Positions 40,311 to 49,293 of a stretch of 64,000 nt of DNA are shown here, in pieces; the first letter of the stretch is position 1, and every line of letters begins with the position of its first letter. Below the pieces are notes generated by a model. The model was not told the DNA's origin, did not search any database, and saw only the letters and a program-made list of their open reading frames with translations. Origin of the DNA: a virus; IMG/VR virus record IMGVR_UViG_3300025133_000048, positions 32,390 through 96,389 of that record; one strand, given 5' to 3'. The translations under genes were made by a program, and so were the position numbers.

Positions 40311-40516
40311 TGGGTACAAATTATTCAGTAAAAGTCAGAAGAAAGGATAACATAGAAAGAGTTATCAAGAGATTTATCAAAAAATGTAAAAAACTTGGCA
40401 TAATTGATGAAGCCAAGGATAGAAGGCACTTCACAAAACCTTCTGAAAAGAAACGGAGAGCAAAGGCACGCGCAATACGTCGTCACAAGAAACAACTAGC
40501 AAAACAGAGGAAATAA
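40310..40516 (+). CDS. rpsU: Phage-encoded 30S ribosomal protein bS21
   Basis: VKVR..DNIERVIKRF.KK..K.GII.E.K.RRHF.KPSEKKRR.K..A.RR matches the bS21 signature. Confidence 0.9.
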   Translation: MGTNYSVKVRRKDNIERVIKRFIKKCKKLGIIDEAKDRRHFTKPSEKKRRAKARAIRRHKKQLAKQRK

Positions 40517-40525
40517 ACTATTTAT
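40517..40525 (+). promoter_or_regulatory. Putative late promoter motif ACTATTTAT
   Basis: Immediately after the bS21 stop, upstream of the paralog cluster. Confidence 0.65.
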
Positions 40526-40544
40526 TTAGTATTTTGGATTAAAC

Positions 40545-40898
40545 ATGGCTAATAACATTTATAGTGTAGGTATACGGAACGTTGGTTCCTATCAAGTAGC
40601 GGGGTCTCCTTATTTGACCGCCTCTACGTTAACTGATGAGGAAAAGCAATTTAGCTTTCCTTATGTGACGAAAAGAATATTGGTACAGAATACCGGATCA
40701 AATGATGCTTATCTTTATTTTTCTGGTTCTTCTGTCAATAAGTTGATTCTTCCATCTAATACGAAAATTGATTTAGATGTCAAATGTACACTCCTTTATA
40801 TATCTGCCTCATCACAGACAGGGGTTCAGATTTTTGCTGAGGTTACAAACATACCAGTTGGTAGAATGTATTCTTTTGATGGCTTGGGGGGAGTTTAA
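40545..40898 (+). CDS. Small beta-rich virion protein, paralog 1
   Basis: GIRNVGSYQVAG.P..T; FPYVTK; TNIP..RMY. Confidence 0.6.
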   Translation: MANNIYSVGIRNVGSYQVAGSPYLTASTLTDEEKQFSFPYVTKRILVQNTGSNDAYLYFSGSSVNKLILPSNTKIDLDVKCTLLYISASSQTGVQIFAEVTNIPVGRMYSFDGLGGV

Positions 40899-41266
40899 TG
40901 TCTAATAATATATACGGAGTCGGACTTTATAATGTAGGTTCCTATCAAGTTGCTGGTCGGCCATTTTGTGCTACCGGCTCAACTGCGGTTGCTCGGACAG
41001 ATTTAAGCTTCCCAGAAGTTACAAAAGAGCTTGTTGTCTTGAATAGACATGGTTCTCAAGATTTGTATGTATTCTTCCACACAGGAAGCACAGAAAACAA
41101 TAGATTTAAAATTGCCGCTGGTGAACAGCATACTTTTAAAGTGAAGTGCAAAGAAGTTTTTCTTACAGGCTCAGCCACAGGAACTACATACACTTTATAC
41201 GCTTCGTTAACACACATTCCAGCTAGTCGCATGTTTAATCTAACTGGTAGTGGTATAACGGAGTAG
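40898..41266 (+). CDS. Small beta-rich virion protein, paralog 2
   Basis: GLYNVGSYQVAG.P..; FPEVTK; LTHIP..RMF.LTGSGITE. Confidence 0.6.
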   Translation: MSNNIYGVGLYNVGSYQVAGRPFCATGSTAVARTDLSFPEVTKELVVLNRHGSQDLYVFFHTGSTENNRFKIAAGEQHTFKVKCKEVFLTGSATGTTYTLYASLTHIPASRMFNLTGSGITE

Positions 41267-41268
41267 AG

Positions 41269-42849
41269 ATGAGCAGTGATTTTAAATATACAGCGGGATT
41301 GAGGAATGTAGGGTCTTATCAGGTTGCTGGTAAACCCTTTCTTACTGCTTCAACTGTTACAGACGGAAATGAATTGCAAATTAACTTTTCCGAAGCATCT
41401 AACAACATTTCAGTAAAGTTGGATAATGCCGGTGCAAAGGCTACCGGTGATGTAACTGCTGCTTATCCAACCGCATCTGCTAGCCCTACATACACAACTG
41501 CTGGTACTTTGGAATCTGATCACCATGGTGATACCTTCGAGCTTGACGGAACAACCTTTACGGTCAACTACGAAGGCACGGGGTCTTTTGGAACAAACGA
41601 GATCAAAACCTATGAACAAACAGGGAGTGCTTTAAATTTTCCAAACCCAAGTGACGTTAATGATATATACTTAAAAGCGGATAATTATGGGACAGCAAGA
41701 TCTTTTGTTCCAAACGATGGGAACCCATGGTCTGTATCGTTTTGGCTGAACAAACAACCAACGGGAGACTCCAATTCAACTATTTTTAAATTTGGAAGTA
41801 CTGAAGACATAGGAGATAGCTCAAATCTACAGTTTACCGTATTGGCAACTGCACAAGGAAACACTTTAGTTCTGTGGCAACCCAATAAAGCTTCCGCTGG
41901 TGCTGATAATGTTTCTTTTTCCAATGCTATTCCAAACAATGAGTTTCGTCATTTTGTTATTACATGTGACGGAGTATCTCATCGAGCAACCTATACTTTA
42001 TATAGAGATGGAACGCAGTTTGGCTCTTCTACTCAAATGGGCGTACATGTCACTGATATGTGTGACTTTGACGAACACCTGTTCATCGGAGACGCAGAAG
42101 CGGATCCTGCTGTTGCACCTCAAGAACTAAATGGCTATTTACAAACTTTTGGCATTTGGAATAAGCAATTGAGTGCCACAGAAGCAAATGAACTATACAA
42201 TAGTGGATCTGTTAAATTAGCACAAAACTCATCGATGGCTGCCAATTTGGTTGATTGGTGGAGATTTGATTCAAGCTCATCCGGCTTTCAGTCCGCTGGT
42301 GATACCGAAGGTACAAGTTATAATTCCAATGAAGGCACCACTTTAACAGGAGCGGCAAACTTTGCCGCCAATGTCACCGTTGTACAAGGTATTCCAATTG
42401 AGAGACATACACAATCAGAGTTCTACACTGCTGTTACAAATGCTTTCAACACAACGACAAACTTTGGAACATTCAATATCGCAACTCCAAATGCCAATAG
42501 CTCGGTCATTGGAATAACTGCTACTGCAAATGGAACTGGTGGTAATAACAAGATTCTAACTTTTTCTGCAAATGAAACATTCACAGCCAGAACAGACACT
42601 TCAGGTGGTTCTGCTGGTGGGAATTTAAGAGTTCACTTTAGATCAACCGGTTCTCTTCCAAATGTTGCCAACAATAGGCATTATTGGGAACTATCCTCCG
42701 CAGATGAAACAATAGAGATGAACATAAAATCAAAAGAAATTTATTTATCAGCTGATGGTGGTGATTGCGACTTTAGCTTGTCCGCAGATCTGACTAATAT
42801 TTCAGTTAGTAAAATGTATCAACACACAGGATCAGGGGTAGATGAGTAA
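41269..42849 (+). CDS. Paralog 3 with nested insertion including a LamG domain
   Basis: GLRNVGSYQVAG start and LTNI..KMY..TGSGVDE end; internal WSVSFW, FRHFVIT, LYRDG, IWNKQLS, LVDWWRFD. Confidence 0.65.
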   Translation: MSSDFKYTAGLRNVGSYQVAGKPFLTASTVTDGNELQINFSEASNNISVKLDNAGAKATGDVTAAYPTASASPTYTTAGTLESDHHGDTFELDGTTFTVNYEGTGSFGTNEIKTYEQTGSALNFPNPSDVNDIYLKADNYGTARSFVPNDGNPWSVSFWLNKQPTGDSNSTIFKFGSTEDIGDSSNLQFTVLATAQGNTLVLWQPNKASAGADNVSFSNAIPNNEFRHFVITCDGVSHRATYTLYRDGTQFGSSTQMGVHVTDMCDFDEHLFIGDAEADPAVAPQELNGYLQTFGIWNKQLSATEANELYNSGSVKLAQNSSMAANLVDWWRFDSSSSGFQSAGDTEGTSYNSNEGTTLTGAANFAANVTVVQGIPIERHTQSEFYTAVTNAFNTTTNFGTFNIATPNANSSVIGITATANGTGGNNKILTFSANETFTARTDTSGGSAGGNLRVHFRSTGSLPNVANNRHYWELSSADETIEMNIKSKEIYLSADGGDCDFSLSADLTNISVSKMYQHTGSGVDE

Positions 42850-45800
42850 TGGCGGAATTTGGATGGGCTAATGTAAAAGGCAAACTTGCAAAAGGTGTTG
42901 GTGGGTCTGTACAATATAACGACGGAGCTGGGGCACTCTCTGGTTCACAAAAGCTTGTCTACGATGAATCATTAGACACCTTGACTCTAAGCGGATCTTT
43001 GCAAGTATCTGGTTCAATCTATGCTAATGAACTGATCGTTGATGTTACAAACAGAAATATTGTCAACATTTCCTCCACAGGATCTACTTCATTTGGAGAT
43101 TCAACAGACGACATTCATACTCTTGTCGGAACAACATTCGTAACTGGTGCTTCTGACTCTGCTTTGATTTATCTTAGCGGATCAACCTACCTAACATCAT
43201 CTAATGCCGTACATAGGGGCTTGTTGAACGCAGCCGATCCAGCCGACGTGAGTTTTGTGAGAGCAAGAAACCCAGCCCTTGTAGTTTCTGGTTCCGCTGT
43301 TTTTAACGATCCAGTATCTTTGCAGGGTGGAATCTTTGGTGCATCTCCTATTAATATATTTGCCCCATTAAAGTTTCCAAGAACAGATTTGGATGATGAT
43401 GTCGCACCAGAGAGCGAACTAACCATTCAAGATGGTAAATTCGTCGGATCGGTTATCATTTCATCATCGTACGATAATCATGGATTGTTTTTAGAAGGTG
43501 CCGGTCGAATTGTTATGTCTTCGCTCACAGGTTCAGATGGAACAAGTGGAAGCCCGACAACAGAACCCGCACCAGAAATAATAATGAGTAATAAGAATGC
43601 TCTTCCTTTTTCAAACCCTGCCATTGACCTAAGAAACTTGAACGATGTCCCAGCATCAGAACACATCTTCTTTTTAAACAGGAAACATTCAAATTCAAGG
43701 TATAGAACTGGGCAAATTCAATTTAGAGCAGAGATACCGGTATTGACCGGATCAAATACTGGTTCTGCTAGTGAATACACATTGAGCAATTATGATGCAG
43801 TTCATTTAATTGCAGACACGGACCTTCGAAGGCATTCTACTTTATTTAGAATCGGCACTCTAGAGGCGAACATAGATAAAGATTATAAGTATCACTCGGT
43901 TTATAGCTCTTCTTTAGCAAACGAATCAGGATCCAAGTATCCAATTATCCATAACACCAGTCCACTGTACGATGCAAACAATGACAATTATGCAGCAGAT
44001 GTATTTAATACTCTTTTAGTAGGTAGCTGGGCGAATGCTGGGCAAGATAACCGATACGGAGTTAATCGCGGCATTGGCGTGTATGGTTCAATTTACCCTT
44101 TTCCGATAAACCTCACATCGGTTAGTGGTGGCAGCTTCGCTGCACAAGACATGACCTTGGGTCACCCGAATACTCGTTGGGGTGATGTTTACATTCACGA
44201 CGATAGATACATACGATGGGGGCAAAAGGCTGATGGCTATACAAACTATTATAAGACTAATGCTCTAACTGCATCTGCAAGAAATGAATCTGGCTCAGTT
44301 ATGCTTGGTTATTCAACCTCTTCTTATAGATTAGAGGTCACAGGTGCTGCTCTCTACATGAAAGATGGAGCGGCCCTAGGTGCATCAAAATACTTAAACT
44401 TTGGAGGTATAACAGGCTCTGATGGCTATGGTATGAGAGACAATAGTGGAACACTGCAGTTTAAAAATAGTGCTGGAACGTGGGAAGATGTTGGTTCTGG
44501 TGATGCGAATGCACTGATTGGCCCAGCCGAAGATGGAAGTTATACTGATGGTTTATTCACAGACTTTACAGCTGCTACTTATGTTGGAACAACAGTTGAC
44601 AGATTTAATGAAGTACTGAAGATCATTGCGCCCACACCAGCTCCAAATGTTCGCTCGATAAACTATGACCAATCAGCTGGTGTATCTGCCAAGCTATCTT
44701 TTGATGGATCAAATATAATTACTGATTATACTGCTTCTTCAACAAATGCTGGTTTTGCGGCGATCTCTAGAAACAACGCCTACTCATCAGAAACCAGTGG
44801 TTCTAACTTTAGATTGGGCGTATACAATGCACAAGAGCTGACAGGATTTATCAATTATGATGTAGCACCAAATTATACAAATAGCAACCTAACATATGCC
44901 TCTGGGGCATTTGGCAATGGAGATTCCGGAACTCTGAAGCTGGAACTAAACGGAACAGTTATCCATTCCGTAGTGCTTAATAGCTTCACAGGAGCCGGAC
45001 AACCTGCAACTGGTTCGGCAACTTCATACACAAGCGGCTCTGGTTTTTTGAGCGTTTCAATCGCCTCATCTTCAATTGATGGCAATGGAGCAGAGTGGAT
45101 CATTTTCAAATATAGAACTGCCAAGTATAAAATCGAAGCAGATGATCAAAAGAAAGGATGGAACTATCTGAGGGTCATACACACTTATGGCTCTACTGAT
45201 TTCGATTCTAACTACATAGAATGGATTAATGATCCCGACGGAGCAGCACAAGCATTATCTGTTTCAAATTCTAGAATCGAGAACATTACTCTGACTGGTT
45301 CTAAGTACGTCTCAGGTGTTCAATATAACACAGGATTGACAGCAAGCTATAAAGCAGACATCGCAAACATGTATAGAAATGTTTACCCGTCAACTTCAAA
45401 TACAATAACTTTTTCCACAACGAATGCCTCAACCCCAGCAGCACAATCTGTTAGCACATTGGGCGTTGGAGAGGACGAAACGAAAATACTTCCCATCACG
45501 GCAAGTGTGGTATACGATTCAAATTATCTTTTAAATGGAACAATACAAGCAGATTTATCCGCTACTCACCCATTAAAGAGCAATCTATCAAATGCAGGGT
45601 CTGTTTCTATAACAGGTATGTTAATTGATGGTGCTTCTGATGCTAATTCAAATCTATCAGAAACATTTGAAGATGAAAATTTTAGAATAACCTCTGGTTC
45701 ATATGCAAATCAAGCAGCCGTAACTGCTGGTGCAGCTACTTGGAACTCACAAAATCACATGACCTCTTCTGGTGCTTCTGGGCATGAAGATGGTCTTCTC

Positions 45801-48086
45801 TTTTATAACCGAAGACTCTACAGCCCAAAATCCAGCGCAGTGGCGGCAAATGGAAACTTTTCTTCTTTAGCTAATGTTGAGACAGGCCAGCCAAATTACT
45901 CTGGTGTTGCTGGTTATAGAACATTTTATAGAAAGATACAGAACACATCTGGTGCTTCTGTTAGTGACCTGAAGATCAGTATGAATAAGAGTCTTTCAAA
46001 TGTTAGAGAAGATCCTATAGCAGATGCCAATGACATTGATATTCACATAAAGTTGCCCGATCAGACTGGATTTTTACATGCCGGTAAAAACTTTGTGTAC
46101 GGCAGTGTGGCTGATGGCGATGGTGCCTTGGTAAATGGAGCAGATGATAATGCGAACATACAATCCACATCCACTGTCCAAGGAGTTCATTGCATAACAT
46201 TTGGAACCGCTGCTGTTGCGAACGGAGAATATGTTGTATTAAAAATAACCGCTCGAGCAGATTGGGGTGGATACATTGATGACCTTACCTTCCAGCTAGG
46301 AGCATCTGATGCTTCGGCTCCTACTGAGGCTCCTGTACTTGATGATGTTGATGTAAACGACATTGGAACAACCGCCAAGCTTTCTTTTGGAACATCAAAT
46401 GACATTTCTGGGTATAGCGTTGCTACTGGTTCTGCTATTTCTCTATCTGATGTGAATTCCAATGGTATTTTTCAGTACGACTCAGCAGATCTTAGGGGTG
46501 TATTCTCTAACAGAGGTACAGTAGACGGACAACTTAATGAAGATGTGGGTTCGAATGGATCTAATTACTCTGCTAATTCATTTAAAAATGCATATGCTGG
46601 TTCATTAGTCCTAGAGGTAAACGGTTCAGAAATACACGAAATGTCACTTGTCACAACACTCGATGCAACATCCAGTGCAAATGGCAATGGATCACAGCTT
46701 AGTGTTTCAGCAGTTAGTTTCTCAACAACAACAGATTCAATTCCAGATTATAGCAAGCCATATAGGACAGGTGATTATCAAATAGCAGCTACTGATCAGA
46801 ACATTGGGTGGAACCATATGAGAATACTTCATAGAATTAGCGGAGTTGATCAGGTCACCAATTATGTACAGTGGGTTGTAGATAATGATTCTAATGCACT
46901 TGCAGATAGTTCAGTCTCAATTTCAAACTTCAACCATCCGACAACTTATTACCAATCCGGAATTGCTTATTTTGCATCAAGACCTAGCGGCAGCTACACT
47001 TATGCAGCTTCTAATGTCTACAGAAATGTTTACCAAAATGGAACTGCAGTTTCGTTTCCAACGACCACGAATTGTTCAATTTCTAACATAAGAATGGCAG
47101 GAACAGGAGTAAGCACATTTGATTCAGCAGTTTCCTCAGCAGATCTACCAAGTCTAAATAATTCTGCAAATTGTGAACAACAAGACTTACAAGTCACAGG
47201 AACTGTATTGTTTGATTCTTTAACATCAATTTCAGACGATCTTAGCTTATTCACCTCCTACAATGTATCAGTTGATTCACAAGTTTTACACCCTCTTAAG
47301 AGCAATTTATCCACAACTACTTTATCCAAGAACTCTTTTATGGTTTATTCTGGTTCTATCGGAAGCACAAACCTCAATACAGATGAGTATTTTAATACTG
47401 AAGATTATCGTATCGTTTCCGGAAACTATGCTAATCAAGCAGCAGTAACTAACAGTGGAAATTCTTGGGACTCCACTTATTCTGTCAATGATACAGGAAC
47501 ATACCCAGAACATGCTGATGGATTAGTAACTGTTAACGGGTATGTACTATCTCCATTAAATATAGGAGATTCCGGTGATACGAGAAATGTTGCTGATGGT
47601 GGGTCTTTACAAGCACCTTCTGGTAATCCAAATTATTCTACAGTCTCTAATGATGTGAGAACTATCTACCGGTACTTCAGAAATGAAACGGGACTATCAA
47701 AAGCAACCTTTACTGTCACAGTACACGGAGATGCCACAATAGTTTCCAAATCTGGTGCTTTTTATACAGGAACGCTTGGGGCGAATAAAAACATAAATGT
47801 TGAACTTAAAGTTCCGTACGACCCTAGTTTCAGTGGCTTGGATGATACTTCAACCGCATGGAGTGATTGTGTAAAGCCATATTCCGCAGGAGTCCAACCA
47901 ACATCTGATGGCGTGGGTATCTACAGTGGCGGAGGAAGTGGACTTGATCAAGATGCCGACGGAGGAGCAGCAATAGGAATACAGCTGCAACAAAGTCAAA
48001 TTCGTGACGACCAATATTTTATTGTTAAAATTTCAGCACATAAGGACTGGACGGGCTATCTGTCTAGAATAGAAATAACTTACTAG
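42849..48086 (+). CDS. Large fibre/decoration protein with a tandem ~560-590 aa duplication
   Basis: Fibre-like N-terminus (GSVQYNDGAG, LTLSGSLQVSG, GSTSFGDSTDDIH); two repeats share AKLSF, L.LE.NG..IH, YRT..Y.I...DQ..GWN..R..H, SG.YANQAAVT, PNYS, KI.A..DW.GY. Confidence 0.65.
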   Translation: MAEFGWANVKGKLAKGVGGSVQYNDGAGALSGSQKLVYDESLDTLTLSGSLQVSGSIYANELIVDVTNRNIVNISSTGSTSFGDSTDDIHTLVGTTFVTGASDSALIYLSGSTYLTSSNAVHRGLLNAADPADVSFVRARNPALVVSGSAVFNDPVSLQGGIFGASPINIFAPLKFPRTDLDDDVAPESELTIQDGKFVGSVIISSSYDNHGLFLEGAGRIVMSSLTGSDGTSGSPTTEPAPEIIMSNKNALPFSNPAIDLRNLNDVPASEHIFFLNRKHSNSRYRTGQIQFRAEIPVLTGSNTGSASEYTLSNYDAVHLIADTDLRRHSTLFRIGTLEANIDKDYKYHSVYSSSLANESGSKYPIIHNTSPLYDANNDNYAADVFNTLLVGSWANAGQDNRYGVNRGIGVYGSIYPFPINLTSVSGGSFAAQDMTLGHPNTRWGDVYIHDDRYIRWGQKADGYTNYYKTNALTASARNESGSVMLGYSTSSYRLEVTGAALYMKDGAALGASKYLNFGGITGSDGYGMRDNSGTLQFKNSAGTWEDVGSGDANALIGPAEDGSYTDGLFTDFTAATYVGTTVDRFNEVLKIIAPTPAPNVRSINYDQSAGVSAKLSFDGSNIITDYTASSTNAGFAAISRNNAYSSETSGSNFRLGVYNAQELTGFINYDVAPNYTNSNLTYASGAFGNGDSGTLKLELNGTVIHSVVLNSFTGAGQPATGSATSYTSGSGFLSVSIASSSIDGNGAEWIIFKYRTAKYKIEADDQKKGWNYLRVIHTYGSTDFDSNYIEWINDPDGAAQALSVSNSRIENITLTGSKYVSGVQYNTGLTASYKADIANMYRNVYPSTSNTITFSTTNASTPAAQSVSTLGVGEDETKILPITASVVYDSNYLLNGTIQADLSATHPLKSNLSNAGSVSITGMLIDGASDANSNLSETFEDENFRITSGSYANQAAVTAGAATWNSQNHMTSSGASGHEDGLLFYNRRLYSPKSSAVAANGNFSSLANVETGQPNYSGVAGYRTFYRKIQNTSGASVSDLKISMNKSLSNVREDPIADANDIDIHIKLPDQTGFLHAGKNFVYGSVADGDGALVNGADDNANIQSTSTVQGVHCITFGTAAVANGEYVVLKITARADWGGYIDDLTFQLGASDASAPTEAPVLDDVDVNDIGTTAKLSFGTSNDISGYSVATGSAISLSDVNSNGIFQYDSADLRGVFSNRGTVDGQLNEDVGSNGSNYSANSFKNAYAGSLVLEVNGSEIHEMSLVTTLDATSSANGNGSQLSVSAVSFSTTTDSIPDYSKPYRTGDYQIAATDQNIGWNHMRILHRISGVDQVTNYVQWVVDNDSNALADSSVSISNFNHPTTYYQSGIAYFASRPSGSYTYAASNVYRNVYQNGTAVSFPTTTNCSISNIRMAGTGVSTFDSAVSSADLPSLNNSANCEQQDLQVTGTVLFDSLTSISDDLSLFTSYNVSVDSQVLHPLKSNLSTTTLSKNSFMVYSGSIGSTNLNTDEYFNTEDYRIVSGNYANQAAVTNSGNSWDSTYSVNDTGTYPEHADGLVTVNGYVLSPLNIGDSGDTRNVADGGSLQAPSGNPNYSTVSNDVRTIYRYFRNETGLSKATFTVTVHGDATIVSKSGAFYTGTLGANKNINVELKVPYDPSFSGLDDTSTAWSDCVKPYSAGVQPTSDGVGIYSGGGSGLDQDADGGAAIGIQLQQSQIRDDQYFIVKISAHKDWTGYLSRIEITY

Positions 48087-48093
48087 GTAAAAA

Positions 48094-49185
48094 ATGAGCA
48101 CAGGAAAAACCAATTTAACATCAACTCAATTTGCAGCTAAAAAGCTGCTAGGGAAAGCTCATACCTCGAACTTAAAGGGCGATGTTAATGAATCTATACC
48201 ATCGAATGTATCATTACCTTCTGAAGGTATCTTTGCTGAGTCTCTCCCAAATGATCCGGGAACGGATTTTTATACTTTGTATTCTGCCTCTGCTGGCTCT
48301 CCAGCTACGGTGGAGAGGGTTCTCCTAGATGTTGTCGCGATTTCTGATACTGTTTATGATGCTAATGTTTCCGGCGGTGGTGGTGACGAGGCTTCTACAA
48401 GTGGTGCTCATGGGTATTATCTAAAACTGCCATCGAATTATGAAACAACTTCATCGAACCCAAACAGATCAACAGGATCCTTTGTAAATTCAAAAAGGAT
48501 TTATGATTCACGGGGAGGTCTACAGCTTGTTCCTCCCTTGATTTCTAATGCCAGTCCTAATAGATATTTCTTAAAATTATATAAAGGAGCCGTATCAGAT
48601 GTCAATGAAATTACATCCGGAGACTCGGTTGATTGGCAAGTAGATTATTATTCTGGTGTAATTTTTATTCAAGATTATAACTCATCTACAATTCCTGTCT
48701 CTGCTTCGGCTTATCTTTATGTAGGAAAGTATCTGGATGAAAAGATTTCCAATATCTCCGATGAAGCCGGCAATATAACCATAAAGGATGAGGGGTCAAC
48801 CATCACAACCAGCGCAACCTCTTTGGATTTTGTTGGTTCTGGTGTGAGCACAAGTAATGTTGCTGGGGCTGTTACTGTCAACGTATCAGCGATTGCTTAT
48901 CAGAGAACAACAGTAACAGCAACGGTAACCTCCTCCATTTCAGATAAAATTTTGGGAGTTTCTGCTTCTGCTGAATTAGATATAAGATTGCCAGCTGCTT
49001 CGGGTTTTGTAAATGGACAGTATTTTACAATCAAAGATGAAGCAGGCAATGCAGATACGAACAACATAGTCATTAAAACCAGTGGAGCAGACCAGATTGA
49101 CGGTTCAACCTCAATAGTTTTAGAATCTCCATATGCAGCAGTAAATATTTATTCTAATGGTTCTGACAAGTTCTTCATTTACTAA
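48094..49185 (+). CDS. Virion fibre-associated protein
   Basis: DWQVDYYSGVIFIQD; TIKDEGSTIT..SLDFVGSGV linker; C-terminal LPAA..G..IKDE.GNA..IDG..LES domain shared with the next gene. Confidence 0.55.
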   Translation: MSTGKTNLTSTQFAAKKLLGKAHTSNLKGDVNESIPSNVSLPSEGIFAESLPNDPGTDFYTLYSASAGSPATVERVLLDVVAISDTVYDANVSGGGGDEASTSGAHGYYLKLPSNYETTSSNPNRSTGSFVNSKRIYDSRGGLQLVPPLISNASPNRYFLKLYKGAVSDVNEITSGDSVDWQVDYYSGVIFIQDYNSSTIPVSASAYLYVGKYLDEKISNISDEAGNITIKDEGSTITTSATSLDFVGSGVSTSNVAGAVTVNVSAIAYQRTTVTATVTSSISDKILGVSASAELDIRLPAASGFVNGQYFTIKDEAGNADTNNIVIKTSGADQIDGSTSIVLESPYAAVNIYSNGSDKFFIY

Positions 49186-49193
49186 TAGACAAA

Positions 49194-49273
49194 ACTACTT
49201 ATGACCGAGGGGCTGGAGCTACTTGAGCTTCAAGCCCCCAGCCTATATGGCAAAGTTATCTTTGCCTATTTTT
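49194..49273 (+). promoter_or_regulatory. Late motif ACTACTTAT followed by a structured 5' leader with two hairpins
   Basis: GGGGCTGGAGCT-ACTTG-AGCTTC(A)AGCCCC at 49209-49238; GGCAAAG-TTAT-CTTTGCC at 49249-49266, then TATTTTT. Confidence 0.65.
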
Positions 49274-49293
49274 AATCTATGGAGGATTTATTT

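Noticed and set aside
49200-49275. tRNA gene
   Set aside because: No cloverleaf, T-loop GTTCRA or acceptor stem; no tRNA recognised anywhere in the window.
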